Below, piece after piece: positions 29,656-39,648 of a stretch of DNA of 64,000 nucleotides. The position numbers and the translations under genes are program-made. This DNA comes from Candidatus Poribacteria bacterium (lineage in GTDB: Bacteria; Poribacteria; WGA-4E; WGA-3G). The stretch lies in NCBI GenBank assembly GCA_963663765.2, contig CAXXUA010000005.1, positions 896,001 to 960,000 of the forward strand, in the 5' to 3' direction. Position 1 is the stretch's first letter. The number at the start of each line of letters is the position of its first letter. Under the pieces are notes generated by a model, which did no database searches, was not told the DNA's origin, and saw only the letters and a program-made list of their open reading frames with translations.

Positions 29656-30663
29656 GTGCATAGTCTGTCTTCACTTGCCTTACCCTATTTTCAGCAAGCG
29701 GCAACTTGTTATCAAAAAGCCCAGTATGTTGAAGCAATTCAACATTACCTATCGGGCTTAAAATATGACCAAAGCCGTTACCATATTTATGCTGACCTCG
29801 CAAAAGCTTATGAGATGGTTGGCAAGTGGGAACAGTCTTTGTTCTATTTAGATATAGCGCTTCAATTATCACCCGACTCACAAACAGTCCATAGACGTAA
29901 AGCACGAATCAAAGAGGAAAAAAGATACTATCAAACACTGATATCTGATAGTAATTTATTAGAGGACGTAACAACCGATTTTGCACCAATTCTAAAAACA
30001 AAAAACGTGGCTCGTCCCCGACAGATAGTAACCTCACAGTCTTTGCAGTTGACAGTGGAACCTGCAGTTTCCCCAAAAACACTCTGTCATATCTACCAAC
30101 TCATAAAAAAAACGAACAACGAAGTCGGCACAAAACTTGGCTGCCATCCACAGCACCAAATTCACATCGCAATCATAAATACTTATGACTTACCTACGCA
30201 GACACTTATACCAAAATGGGCAAGTGGATGCTACGATGGAAAAATACAGGTGCACTACTGTGCTGACGGTGAACCGGAATTGGGTGTTTTATATACCCTC
30301 ATTCGGCATGAATGGACGCATTTACTGATTGATATGTTAACATACGGGAATTGCCCTATTTGGCTCAACGAAGGACTTGCACAAACAATATCTCGCCCCT
30401 TGTTCTCTTTTGAAAAACTAACTTTACACCACGCAAACAAAAAGGAAACTCTACCAACAATTTCAGATCTGAGTCAACCTTACTCTGAACTTCCAACCTC
30501 ACAACGCAAAATCGCCTATCTCCAATCTGCAGCAATTGTTGCTAACCTAATTGACGAAGGTGGTTTCTCTTCTATCCAACAAATCCTTCACCATTTAGGA
30601 AACGGCACGACGATTGAAACTGCAATGCAGCAAACATATCAAAAACATGTAATTCCCAATTAA
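29656..30663 (+). CDS. TPR + peptidase MA-like (gluzincin) protein
   Basis: N-terminal TPRs; WASGCYDG, RHEWTH, PIWLNEGLAQ, AYLQS. Confidence 0.8.
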   Translation: MHSLSSLALPYFQQAATCYQKAQYVEAIQHYLSGLKYDQSRYHIYADLAKAYEMVGKWEQSLFYLDIALQLSPDSQTVHRRKARIKEEKRYYQTLISDSNLLEDVTTDFAPILKTKNVARPRQIVTSQSLQLTVEPAVSPKTLCHIYQLIKKTNNEVGTKLGCHPQHQIHIAIINTYDLPTQTLIPKWASGCYDGKIQVHYCADGEPELGVLYTLIRHEWTHLLIDMLTYGNCPIWLNEGLAQTISRPLFSFEKLTLHHANKKETLPTISDLSQPYSELPTSQRKIAYLQSAAIVANLIDEGGFSSIQQILHHLGNGTTIETAMQQTYQKHVIPN

Positions 30664-30721
30664 CAAAACCGGACAACACAAACTTCGTTCTTTACTTTAC
30701 ATATCTCATTCTCCCTCCATC

Positions 30722-31216
30722 ATGACAAAATTAGATATCGCTATCATCATCATTGTCGGCATTGCGGGGTTTAGTTGCTACAAGGGGGGTTTTACGCGAA
30801 GTGTATGGGGTATATTTGCACTCGGCGCAGGCCTTGTCGTCGCAAGCCAATTATGGCAGCACCTCGCCATCCCCATCCAAAAACTTATCACACATGAAGA
30901 AATCGCAAAATGGATCAGTATTATTGTCCTGATTGCTATCACCTCCATAATTGTTGATACCGTTTTTGAACGGATACACCAAATTTTTGATAAGGGTATT
31001 TTGGGATGGCTAAACAGTCTACTTGGCTTAGCGGCAGGCGTTGCATCAAGTGTGCTTATTATTGCGCTGCTACTCCATTTCGTCAATCCACATCGCAGCG
31101 ATTTCCTCAAAGATGAAGTAGATAACTCCATTTTCGCTTCACGTCTGACAGAACTTGGTGAAAATGTCTGGGCATTTGGCAAAGAGAATGTCAAAAAACA
31201 CCTCGAACCTGAATGA
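30722..31216 (+). CDS. cvpA: CvpA (colicin V production) family membrane protein
   Basis: LDIAI...YKGGF, LGWLNSLLG...G, four TM helices. Confidence 0.8.
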   Translation: MTKLDIAIIIIVGIAGFSCYKGGFTRSVWGIFALGAGLVVASQLWQHLAIPIQKLITHEEIAKWISIIVLIAITSIIVDTVFERIHQIFDKGILGWLNSLLGLAAGVASSVLIIALLLHFVNPHRSDFLKDEVDNSIFASRLTELGENVWAFGKENVKKHLEPE

Positions 31217-31360
31217 TATAACAGAATAAGTAATGGATGCGGCTTGTCTACTACAGTAAAAAATCCATACAAAATATCTCAATGCATGCCTTTGTGTTAT
31301 GTGTTGTTTTACTTCCAGACTACATCTGATCCACATTCGTTAATGTCGATTAATTCGATA

Positions 31361-31520
31361 TATAGTAAAACATATAATTAATTAGACATTTTGAGCATCA
31401 AACTTTTAGTTTGTGCAGATGTGGACACAAACTAAAAGTTTGTGCTACTACACCTCTGTTAGGTTCGGTTTCCTAACCGAACCTAACAGAGGTGTCCAAG
31501 TAATTCTAAAGTCTACTATA
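31361..31520. mobile_element. MITE family C with internal hairpin aggttcggtttcctaaccgaacct
   Basis: Ends tatagtaaaacatataatta / taattctaaagtctactata resemble 10114-10283 and 62982-63099. Confidence 0.6.
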
Positions 31521-31684
31521 AACATTTTGTCAACTCGTCTTTTTGAAGCAGGGGTTGCCAATCTAAAGAACCCTGAATTTGCTGTGGTTCACTTTCGTAT
31601 CATGCAATACATCCACTGCAGTCCTGTGCGAATCAATTAGAGAAACTAATGTATCAATCGGAACAAGAATAACAACATAATATA

Positions 31685-31971
31685 ACGTGAGTTTGATAAT
31701 TAAAATTGGTAAATAGAGATCCTCTTTGTTATTATGAAGTAAACCAATATACTTACATAAGGAGTTCTCTGATGGATATCATAACACTTTTCTGTAAAAT
31801 TGACGATTTTATTCTTGCGTATCAACAATATCTAGCAAAACACCAGTTGCTGCGTTGATCGCTTATACCTATTTGAAGAAAAAACCCTCACTCAAACGCA
31901 AAGAACTCAAGGATATTAATTATCCGTTTCCAATGATATGTAACAACTAAAACTATTTATCAAACTCACGT
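31685..31971 (+). mobile_element. Internally deleted IS982-family derivative (287 bp)
   Basis: Same TIRs (acgtgagtttgataa / ttatcaaactcacgt) and terminal sequences as 32992-34004; joined at CAGTTGC. Confidence 0.92.
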
Positions 31972-32268
31972 TAGGTAAGGTTTAGGGTCCACAGCGTGTT
32001 CTGCAATATAGTCAAGCAATTCCGGTTTTTTACGAAACCACTTGTTTGGATGTTTTAAATCCTTAAAGCGTTTATGCAGATCACGCTCTTTTTTATCTAC
32101 TTCAGATTTACAGATAATGACACCAAGTATTTTTAACTTGACCGGATTTGTATGTTGCAACTGTGCCTTTCGACCAAAAAGATTTCGCAACTTACATCTG
32201 CCAATCTTGATAAAATCTTTACATGCTATAAAATAGATGACGCTATCACTTTCCAACTTTTCGAACAT
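31966..32268 (-). CDS. GIY-YIG nuclease family protein (T5orf172/MUG113-like)
   Basis: VIYFI...IKIGR...R...LQ..NP..L, ERDLHKRF...KWF; stop codon lies in the IS end. Confidence 0.8.
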   Translation of the reverse strand: MFEKLESDSVIYFIACKDFIKIGRCKLRNLFGRKAQLQHTNPVKLKILGVIICKSEVDKKERDLHKRFKDLKHPNKWFRKKPELLDYIAEHAVDPKPYLT

Positions 32269-32297
32269 ATCAAATATCTCCTCTTTTTTAGCAACAC

Positions 32298-32843
32298 TTA
32301 GTCCTTAACTTCATTAGTCTTTTTATCTGCTTCAAAAAGTTTCGGGATAGTATAGACGTGGAGGAGTTCTTCTTCGAAACCACCATCATGCGTGCCTTCA
32401 AAAGATTCAATAAGAGCATACACTTGGCTTATTGGTCCTGTTAGTGTTACGTCAAACACAGGAAACGCATCATCGCCTGGACCGTAGCGTGCTGTCTGAT
32501 TGTGAATACGAAGAGTTATCACTGTATCAGGTTTGAGTTCCATGCTTAACAGTTTCTCTCTGACATCTTTGCGATACGATTTTTGCAATAGTTTTATATC
32601 ACTGGGTTTTAAGTTGGAACTATCAGCAACTCTATCCTTTTCTACCTGAGACGGTTTTCCCACTTGTGAGTCAGTCGTTGATTCAAACATAAAAATAACA
32701 CCTGCTACTAAAAGTAATATAAACAGAATAAACAGAGAGACTTGCCCTCGGTTACGCATGTGGATCATCATGAAATCTCCTATTATTAAGGAGGGTATTA
32801 ACCAAATAATGATGCACAAAAATGCAGGCCCTCTAAACAGCAT
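32298..32843 (-). CDS. Hypothetical membrane-anchored protein (start possibly 32771)
   Basis: RGQVSLFI followed by a TM helix; AGGAG before ATG 32771. Confidence 0.6.
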   Translation of the reverse strand: MLFRGPAFLCIIIWLIPSLIIGDFMMIHMRNRGQVSLFILFILLLVAGVIFMFESTTDSQVGKPSQVEKDRVADSSNLKPSDIKLLQKSYRKDVREKLLSMELKPDTVITLRIHNQTARYGPGDDAFPVFDVTLTGPISQVYALIESFEGTHDGGFEEELLHVYTIPKLFEADKKTNEVKD

Positions 32844-32991
32844 TGCATCATAACTAATTTAAAATAATGATACCTGGACTTATCAAATGCTATTGTAGCA
32901 CATATCCAGGGGATATAAAACAAAAATTAACACAGGAATAAACAACAATGATTTACATAACGCTATTGGTGGAGATGTAGGACTACATCTA

Positions 32992-34004
32992 ACGTGAGTT
33001 TGATAATTAAAAACTGGTAAATAGAGAACCCCTTTGTTATTATGAAGTATACCAAATACTTACATAAGGAGTTCTCTGATGGATATCATAACACTTTTCT
33101 GTATAATTGACGATTTTTTTCTTGCGTATCTACAATATAAAGCAAAACACCAGTTGCCAGAAATACCCGGGACAAGCAATACCCGTGGCAGACCCAGGCG
33201 TCTTCATCCTAGCGAAGTTATGACGATACTTATTTATTTTCATCAACATAAGTGTAAAAACTTCAAAACCTATTATCAAGAGCATGTCTGTAGCAACCTC
33301 CGTTGGGCGTTTCCAAACCTTGTCAGCTATAGTCGGTTTGTGCAGCTTGCACAAGAGGTTTTGATGCCGTTGTCTATTCTTCTAAACACCCGTTTCGGTG
33401 AATGTAATGGGACTTCCTTCATTGACTCAACGCCACTTCCAGTTTGCCATAATCGTCGGATTTCAGCGAATCGTGTCTTCGCTGATGGGGCAGAACGATC
33501 CAAAACCTCTATGGGATGGTTCTACGGGTTCAAACTGCATCTCGTCATCAATGATCAAGGTGAACTGCTGTCTGCTATGGTGACACCCGGAACACGGATG
33601 ACCGGAAACCTGTGCCACAGTTGACCAAAGGACTATTTGGCAAACTTTATGCCGATAAAGGGTATATCAACAAAAAGCTGCGGGATAAACTGCGGGATGG
33701 AGGTGTGTCACTCGTTTACAAAGTGCGTAAGAACATGAAACCCGAACCCTTGTCTGATGCTGACGCAGAACTCCTGAAAAAACGGATGCTCATTGAGTCG
33801 GTGAATAAAGAACTCAAAACTCAGACAGAGATCCAACATACACGGCATAGAAGTTATGCTAACTTCCAAGTCAATACAGTTGCTGCCTTGATCGCTTATA
33901 CCTATTTGAAGAAAAAACCCTCACTCAAACGCAAAGAACTCAAGGATATTAATTATCCATTTCCAATGATATGTAACAACTAAAACTATTTATCAAACTC
34001 ACGT
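32992..34004 (+). mobile_element. IS982-family insertion sequence (1013 bp)
   Basis: 15-bp TIRs, about 1 kb length, IS982-type transposase inside. Confidence 0.92.
33079..33983 (+). pseudogene. IS982-family transposase with frameshift near 33590
   Basis: LFCIIDDF, SEVMTI, SYSRF, IDSTPL, GWFYGFKLHL, ADKGY, RMLIESV; expected TPGNTDDRKP is broken by a 1-nt loss. Confidence 0.9.
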
Positions 34005-34273
34005 TAATATATGTGAGATATAAATGTGCTATCACTATGATTCCGTAAATAATAAGTTTTAAAACTATAATACAAACATAGATTATTATGTTTTCCGGCT
34101 TATATTCAGTTTCAATATTCCAATTGATGAAAACGATAAAACCGATACATACAAGTATCAGCAAACAAAAGATTATGAGAAAACTTTTTATAGTTTAGAT
34201 GATCTTCACTATGAATTATAGTTTTCATGCTGTGTAAAGTACCCGTAAAAAAACAACTTACAGTTTACATTTG

Positions 34274-34909
34274 CTACCACTCCGCCTGTTTCAGAAACTC
34301 CAATGCCATCAAAGTGTGTCCTTCCGCATTCGGATGTACACCATCTCGCGTTGTCCACAATGTCCCAGGCCTCGCAGCAACCGCATTGTCAAACGCATCA
34401 TTTGTCTGAATTAACCGCGTATCAAACTCATCAGCAAGCTTATGAATACTGGCGTTATAAGCATCAACTGCTAATGGACGCGGATTTTCAACATCCTCTT
34501 CAATATAGAAGATCTCAAACAGAAAAACTGGAATCTCCAATTCATTCTTCACACGCGTAAGAATTCGCCGATAGCACTCTTCCCAACTCGGAAGATAGTC
34601 CTCATTTGAGATACCTTGTCCGTGTTGGCGACCCGCATTGTTAATCCCGATTTTCACTGAAAGCCAATCCGGTTTTTCATCTATAACATCGGTATCCCAA
34701 CGGTTCTCTAAACCTTCAACCACATCCCCACCAATCCCTTTGTTGACATAGGTAATATCGCGTCCGGGGTATTTCGCAGTAATCAGTTCTGTTATTTTGC
34801 GCACATACCCATGTCCATACGGTGCGTGGTCACCTCGCCTACCGCAATCCGTAATACTATCCCCAATGAAAAGCACCTTATCTCCTGATTGAAACAACAA
34901 ATTACTCAC
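34274..34909 (-). CDS. SGNH/GDSL hydrolase
   Basis: FIGDSIT, NKGIGG, IGINN, DGVHP. Confidence 0.92.
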   Translation of the reverse strand: MSNLLFQSGDKVLFIGDSITDCGRRGDHAPYGHGYVRKITELITAKYPGRDITYVNKGIGGDVVEGLENRWDTDVIDEKPDWLSVKIGINNAGRQHGQGISNEDYLPSWEECYRRILTRVKNELEIPVFLFEIFYIEEDVENPRPLAVDAYNASIHKLADEFDTRLIQTNDAFDNAVAARPGTLWTTRDGVHPNAEGHTLMALEFLKQAEW

Positions 34910-34987
34910 AAATGATCTCCTTTATGTGATATACTATCTATAGACATTTTCTTTCAATTTACATCTTAACTCAGAGTTCTAACATTC

Positions 34988-35086
34988 CATTAACTTACCA
35001 CATTTTCAACAGATTGCCAACATGAAAATAATCGGAGTTCTACACGTCATAACAGACACAACACTTCAATCCAAATATACGCATCC
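34988..35086 (+). repeat. 99-bp direct repeat of the thiE upstream region and first about 21 codons (partner 36659-36757)
   Basis: cattaactta...ATGaaaataatcggagttcta...tatacgcatcc, about 4 mismatches. Confidence 0.92.
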
Positions 35087-35164
35087 TCTAAAATGGCTTT
35101 TTAGCGAATTACCTGATATTACGGGGTGTCATTCCGTATAATCTGTAATAAATATTTCTCACAT

Positions 35165-35724
35165 GGTAGACGAGCTTTGTATGCGCGCTGTTTGGACTTG
35201 ATGTGCAAGCGCGCTTACAAAGCACACCTACCAGTGTGGGTTAGATAGAATTACCTAATTTATTTATTAAACTTCATACGGGACTAAATATGAAATCAAC
35301 TCTTGAGAAAACTAAGAAAACATCTGTAATTGTGAAGCAATACATTACAAATAGTCATTTAGCACAAGTCGTTTTATTTGGTAGGAGGAACTCCTGGTCG
35401 CGACTGTTTTGAAACATGGTGTCCATACGGTCTCGACCAAGTGGCCGCTCCTACCTGTGCAAGTGTGTAATTAATTCCATAATTTACCATAATTACAACC
35501 AATCTCATAAATCGTAGCAGGTTTTTCTGACTTCGATTTACCGTACACGCGATTCGGTGAATTTGGACAAAATTACATTTATGAGATTCGCTGTATAAAC
35601 ATCCATCAGGTGTGTAAAGTTCTCGGTATTAACCGTTCTTTCTTCTGTAGGAGGAACATCTTGGGCGATCCTATAGAAGAAGTATAATTCATGAACAAAT
35701 ATTTACCAAAATATTTACACACCC
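35165..35724. mobile_element. Cluster of REP doublets and MITEs (REP pairs near 35165-35233 and 35381-35455; family G 35494-35595; A-like shell 35608-35724)
   Basis: GTAG...CTAC hairpin pairs and TIRs shared with other copies in the window. Confidence 0.65.
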
Positions 35725-35738
35725 TTCCATTAATTCTT

Positions 35739-35813
35739 TTGATAATCGGTTTGAATTGTGGTATACTTTTTTCTACTGTTTATAGGAAAAGTTTCTACTG
35801 TTTATAGGAAAAG
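35739..35813 (+). promoter_or_regulatory. Promoter and tandem 22-bp operator-like repeat of the TA operon
   Basis: TTGATA-17 bp-TATACT with extended -10 TG; tttctactgtttataggaaaag twice (35770-35791, 35792-35813). Confidence 0.65.
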
Positions 35814-35822
35814 GTGGTAACT

Positions 35823-36050
35823 ATGAAAACACTCGCTTTGGAGACCGATTATAAGATCAAATTACCTCTTGACTGGGTGAAAGAATTTGGGTTGGAATCG
35901 GGGATTGTAATTGAAAGGACAGATGATGGCATACTAATCCGTCCTTGCACTGTCCAAACATGGGACGAGGTATATGCCGAGAAACTCATTATCGGGAACA
36001 CTTCGGCATTGGACTTGTCCGAGGTAAGTGGTGATGACCTTATTTTCTGA
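35823..36050 (+). CDS. AbrB/MazE-type antitoxin
   Basis: IKLP..W...GL...IVIE..DDGILIRP...W pattern; overlaps the PIN gene. Confidence 0.75.
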   Translation: MKTLALETDYKIKLPLDWVKEFGLESGIVIERTDDGILIRPCTVQTWDEVYAEKLIIGNTSALDLSEVSGDDLIF

Positions 36051-36624
36051 TCAGACCACACCGCGTGGTCTGGACGCGATGCTGATTGTCTACTCCTTGC
36101 TTGATGGGCATCCCGCATCCGCTGCGTGTGAGTCGTTCATCCGAGACCACTCCAGTTGGTTCACGACAACGCTTACGCTGCTTGAAGCAAAGGCAATTCT
36201 CTCAAAGGTTTATGCTATAGATGCTAGTCTTGCCTCACAACAGCTTACCCAATTTTCCACAGGTCCTATAGAAATTATTGAAGTAGACTTACCAATAATC
36301 CTTGAGGCGATGCAGATTGCTGATACTTTAAAAATTGACATCACTGATGCGGTTCTGGTGCAAGCAACACATATCCGTAGTGCTAACATCCTTGCAACTG
36401 ATGACCGTAAACTAATTCAAGCCTGCCATCAAATAGATATTAGAGTTGAAAATCCCATTGAAAATTCGCTACGTAGGCAAATGGCAAATTGTGAAGCATC
36501 AAACTTGCCGCAAAAAGGATTACCTTGCATTCTAAGGCGAATTCACCTTTGGCTGAATCAGAACCATCAACAAGTCGCCGAAGAATTCTGGTCTCAAACC
36601 GGCAGTGGAAGTCATCTACCCTAA
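36034..36624 (+). CDS. PIN-domain (VapC-like) toxin with C-terminal extension
   Basis: GLDAMLIVY, TLLEA, ITDAVLV, LATDDRKL. Confidence 0.8.
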   Translation: MTLFSDQTTPRGLDAMLIVYSLLDGHPASAACESFIRDHSSWFTTTLTLLEAKAILSKVYAIDASLASQQLTQFSTGPIEIIEVDLPIILEAMQIADTLKIDITDAVLVQATHIRSANILATDDRKLIQACHQIDIRVENPIENSLRRQMANCEASNLPQKGLPCILRRIHLWLNQNHQQVAEEFWSQTGSGSHLP

Positions 36625-36692
36625 TCCCTCTTACAATCATCTAAAAAATCTGACAATGCATTAACTTATCACATTTTCAACAGATTGCCAAC

Positions 36693-37328
36693 ATGAAAAT
36701 AATCGGAGTTCTACAGGTCATAACAGACACAACGTTTCAATCCAAATATACGCATCCGCAACTTGCGGAACTTGCAATACATGGTGGTGCAGACACAATC
36801 CAATTCCGACACAAAAACGGAACAACACGCGAATTGATTCAGATAGCACAGCAAATGCAGACGGTTTGTGCAAATCATGACGTGCCGTTGATTGTGAACG
36901 ATAGAGCGGACATCGCACTGGCAGTCGGTGCAAGCGGAACACATTTTGGACAAGATGATATGCCTGTCACCATCGGGCGGAAAATACTCTCTACAAAAAC
37001 CATCATCGGTGCATCAGCGCGTACCGAGGAGAAGATACTTGAAGCAATTACAGAAGGAGCAGATTATATCGGGTTTGGTCCCATCTATCAGACATCCTCA
37101 AAGCCTGATGCCGAAACACCGAAAGGGTTAGAACGTTTGCAACGCATGTGTGAAATAGCAAAATGTCCAGTGATTGCTATTGGTGGCATCACACTCCAAA
37201 CCGCTGCTGAAGTAATTGCCGCAGGAGCACACGGCATTGCAGTCATTTCTGCCGTATGCTCCCAACCCGATCCCCTCGCAGCAACACAACACCTCATGAA
37301 CGAAATCCAAGATGCCAAGCCAGCATAG
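36693..37328 (+). CDS. thiE: Thiamine-phosphate synthase
   Basis: IQFRHK, LIVNDRADIALA, HFGQDD, DYIGFGPIY.T.SK, AIGGI, AVISA. Confidence 0.95.
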   Translation: MKIIGVLQVITDTTFQSKYTHPQLAELAIHGGADTIQFRHKNGTTRELIQIAQQMQTVCANHDVPLIVNDRADIALAVGASGTHFGQDDMPVTIGRKILSTKTIIGASARTEEKILEAITEGADYIGFGPIYQTSSKPDAETPKGLERLQRMCEIAKCPVIAIGGITLQTAAEVIAAGAHGIAVISAVCSQPDPLAATQHLMNEIQDAKPA

Positions 37329-37353
37329 AGACTGCACGAGGAATTAGCACAAT

Positions 37354-38862
37354 ATGAGCGAATACAATCAAGTTGATGAGCCTGGTATAAACACAATAGA
37401 ATTTATACCAAATGAATTTCGGGAAGTTAACCAAGTTTATGAACCAGATTTTGAGAAAATTGACGAAAATTTCGTGCAGAAATTATGGAATGGACAACGC
37501 TTTTTCAATGCAAACCTTACCGCAATTGACGGTAGAGAAATTCGCGTCCTTAAACAAGGTATCTGGAACCATGAAGAAGGTCCAGATTTTATGCACGCAG
37601 AGGTTGAGATCAATGGAAAACTCCATGTCGGTGACATAGAAATACATGTAAAATCTTCCGAATGGTACGCACATAAGCATCACCTCAATTCAAGGTATAA
37701 CCGCGTTGTTCTCCATGTGGTTCTCTATAATGATGACTTCAATTTACGAACACGACTACAGAATGGTAAACGCATATCAACACTGGAACTTCTCAAATGG
37801 ATAGATGCACCTATCGGGGACCTTTATGACGAAACAAAGCAGACAGAAACCGACGCAGCCAATTCCTGCAGAGTCACAGGCAATCGTCTAAACATAGATA
37901 GCCTTAAAAGCACATTTGAATCGTTAGGTACTGAAAGGTTCTTAGAAAAGTCGGATGCTATCCGACTTTTACGGACGCGTCTCGATTTTGAACAAATTCT
38001 ATATGAAGGTATAATGGAAGCGTTGGGGTATTCCCAAAACAGCAAACCACTGCGGGAGTTAGCACAGCGCGTGCCTTTTGCTGATTTGGATCATAAGTCC
38101 GAACACGAAATCCAAGCTATCCTTTTTGGCATTGCCGGTTTATTACCATCGCAATCAGAAAAACCAATACCCAATCATGTCAATGACGATCCGTTCATTG
38201 TAGCATTAGAGACACTGTGGAAAACATCGGAGTATGCAAAACGATCAGATCGCATGAACACAACTAAATGGCAGTTTGGAAGAATCCGTCCATATAACTA
38301 TCCAACAAGACGGATTGCAGCAATCAGTCAGTTGATCTTTCGCAGTAAAGGGAGTTTGATGTTGTACTTTCTCCCTATCTGTGAAAAGGCAGCAAATGTA
38401 GATACACCCAAACTGCTACGTACTATCAGAACCGAACTTCTTAACCTTTTGACCCTGGAACCCGCCGGTTATTGGGAAACACACGCTAACTTTGGGAAGG
38501 GTGGAACACAAAAAGCTAATCTGATTGGAGATGCCAGAGCTTTGGACATCAATGTGAACAAAATACTTCCTGTCGCATATATTTGGGCAGTAGAGTCAGA
38601 AAGCAGAAAACTACAAAATGCAATTCTGAGTCTCTACAGTTACTTTAGAAAAACGGACGAAAATAGTGTAATTCGCCAGGTGAAAGATCAGGTCTTTACA
38701 GATGCACAACCAATACAATTAATCAAACCTACAGCGCAGATACAGCAAGGGATCATTCGTCTCTACAAAAACTACTGCGCTGACCAACTTTGTGACTTAT
38801 GTCCTATTATTGAAAATAACGCGGTCTTGACAACAGAAAATTCTTACATTAAAAATTCGTAG
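37354..38862 (+). CDS. DUF2851 family protein
   Basis: E..VQ..W, G.WN...GPDF, GDIEIH...W..H.H, VVLHVV, RP.N.P.RR, C-terminal C...C..CP. Confidence 0.85.
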   Translation: MSEYNQVDEPGINTIEFIPNEFREVNQVYEPDFEKIDENFVQKLWNGQRFFNANLTAIDGREIRVLKQGIWNHEEGPDFMHAEVEINGKLHVGDIEIHVKSSEWYAHKHHLNSRYNRVVLHVVLYNDDFNLRTRLQNGKRISTLELLKWIDAPIGDLYDETKQTETDAANSCRVTGNRLNIDSLKSTFESLGTERFLEKSDAIRLLRTRLDFEQILYEGIMEALGYSQNSKPLRELAQRVPFADLDHKSEHEIQAILFGIAGLLPSQSEKPIPNHVNDDPFIVALETLWKTSEYAKRSDRMNTTKWQFGRIRPYNYPTRRIAAISQLIFRSKGSLMLYFLPICEKAANVDTPKLLRTIRTELLNLLTLEPAGYWETHANFGKGGTQKANLIGDARALDINVNKILPVAYIWAVESESRKLQNAILSLYSYFRKTDENSVIRQVKDQVFTDAQPIQLIKPTAQIQQGIIRLYKNYCADQLCDLCPIIENNAVLTTENSYIKNS

Positions 38863-38912
38863 TATGGTAGAATTTAAGAAAATGAATGTTAACATTCAAA
38901 AGGAGAAATATC

Positions 38913-39635
38913 ATGAGAACCTTGTGTGTTATTACGATGACATTGCTTTGTATTTCTGTTGCTGTGGCAACGGAAACTTTTTACTCTGCACTTGAAAGTC
39001 AGGCAGAGGTTGAGAAGGAGGGAGGTACTGTTGACGGCGGTAGCTTCGTCCCAGGTAAGTATGGAAATGGTTTTATTAGTGAGGAACAAGGGGATGTCAT
39101 CCATTTTCCAGTGGAGGATCGCTTTGTCAACCTTGATGAAGGCACCGTTGAATTATGGGTAACAATGGGATTTGATACTTCAACAATTACAGGCGAACTT
39201 TTTATGTTTATGACCTACAATCGTCCAACCGATGCCGTTTTCTTGCAATTTGACAGCGGAGGAATAGCTCGCATGCGGATTAAAAGCGCGAGCAGTTGGA
39301 AAAATGCAGATAGTGCCGCGCTCAATTGGAAAGAGGGTGAACATCATCACATGGCGGGTACATGGGGACCAGATGGATTGAAACTCTACTTGGATGGTGA
39401 ACTGGAAGGAGAAGATAGTTTTAGTGAAGGACCAAAGGTTTTCGCTGAAACATTTGAAATTAACAATACTTCTCCACCTTCTAATTTCGCAGTCCCGACA
39501 AATTGCGTTGTGGACAGTCTTCGTATTTCTGATCATCAGAAGGAAGCGAATGAATTGATACTTGAAGAAACCACACCTGTTCAACCACTTGGAAAATTGG
39601 CTACAATTTGGGGACAATTGAAAACAGAAAAATAA
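38913..39635 (+). CDS. Secreted LamG-like protein with conserved C-terminal tail
   Basis: Signal peptide, GKYGNG, EGTVELW, HHMAGTW, LYLDG, PVQPLGKLATIWGQLK; AGGAG RBS. Confidence 0.85.
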   Translation: MRTLCVITMTLLCISVAVATETFYSALESQAEVEKEGGTVDGGSFVPGKYGNGFISEEQGDVIHFPVEDRFVNLDEGTVELWVTMGFDTSTITGELFMFMTYNRPTDAVFLQFDSGGIARMRIKSASSWKNADSAALNWKEGEHHHMAGTWGPDGLKLYLDGELEGEDSFSEGPKVFAETFEINNTSPPSNFAVPTNCVVDSLRISDHQKEANELILEETTPVQPLGKLATIWGQLKTEK

Positions 39636-39648
39636 GTGAGGAACAACA

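Noticed and set aside
33949-34164. Hydrophobic ORF abutting IS982, possibly an interrupted membrane gene
   Set aside because: AT-rich, no clear start or RBS, and no target duplication linking the two IS flanks
26546-36692. TPP riboswitch upstream of tenA or thiE
   Set aside because: No recognisable conserved TPP core in either leader by eye; an Rfam scan would settle it
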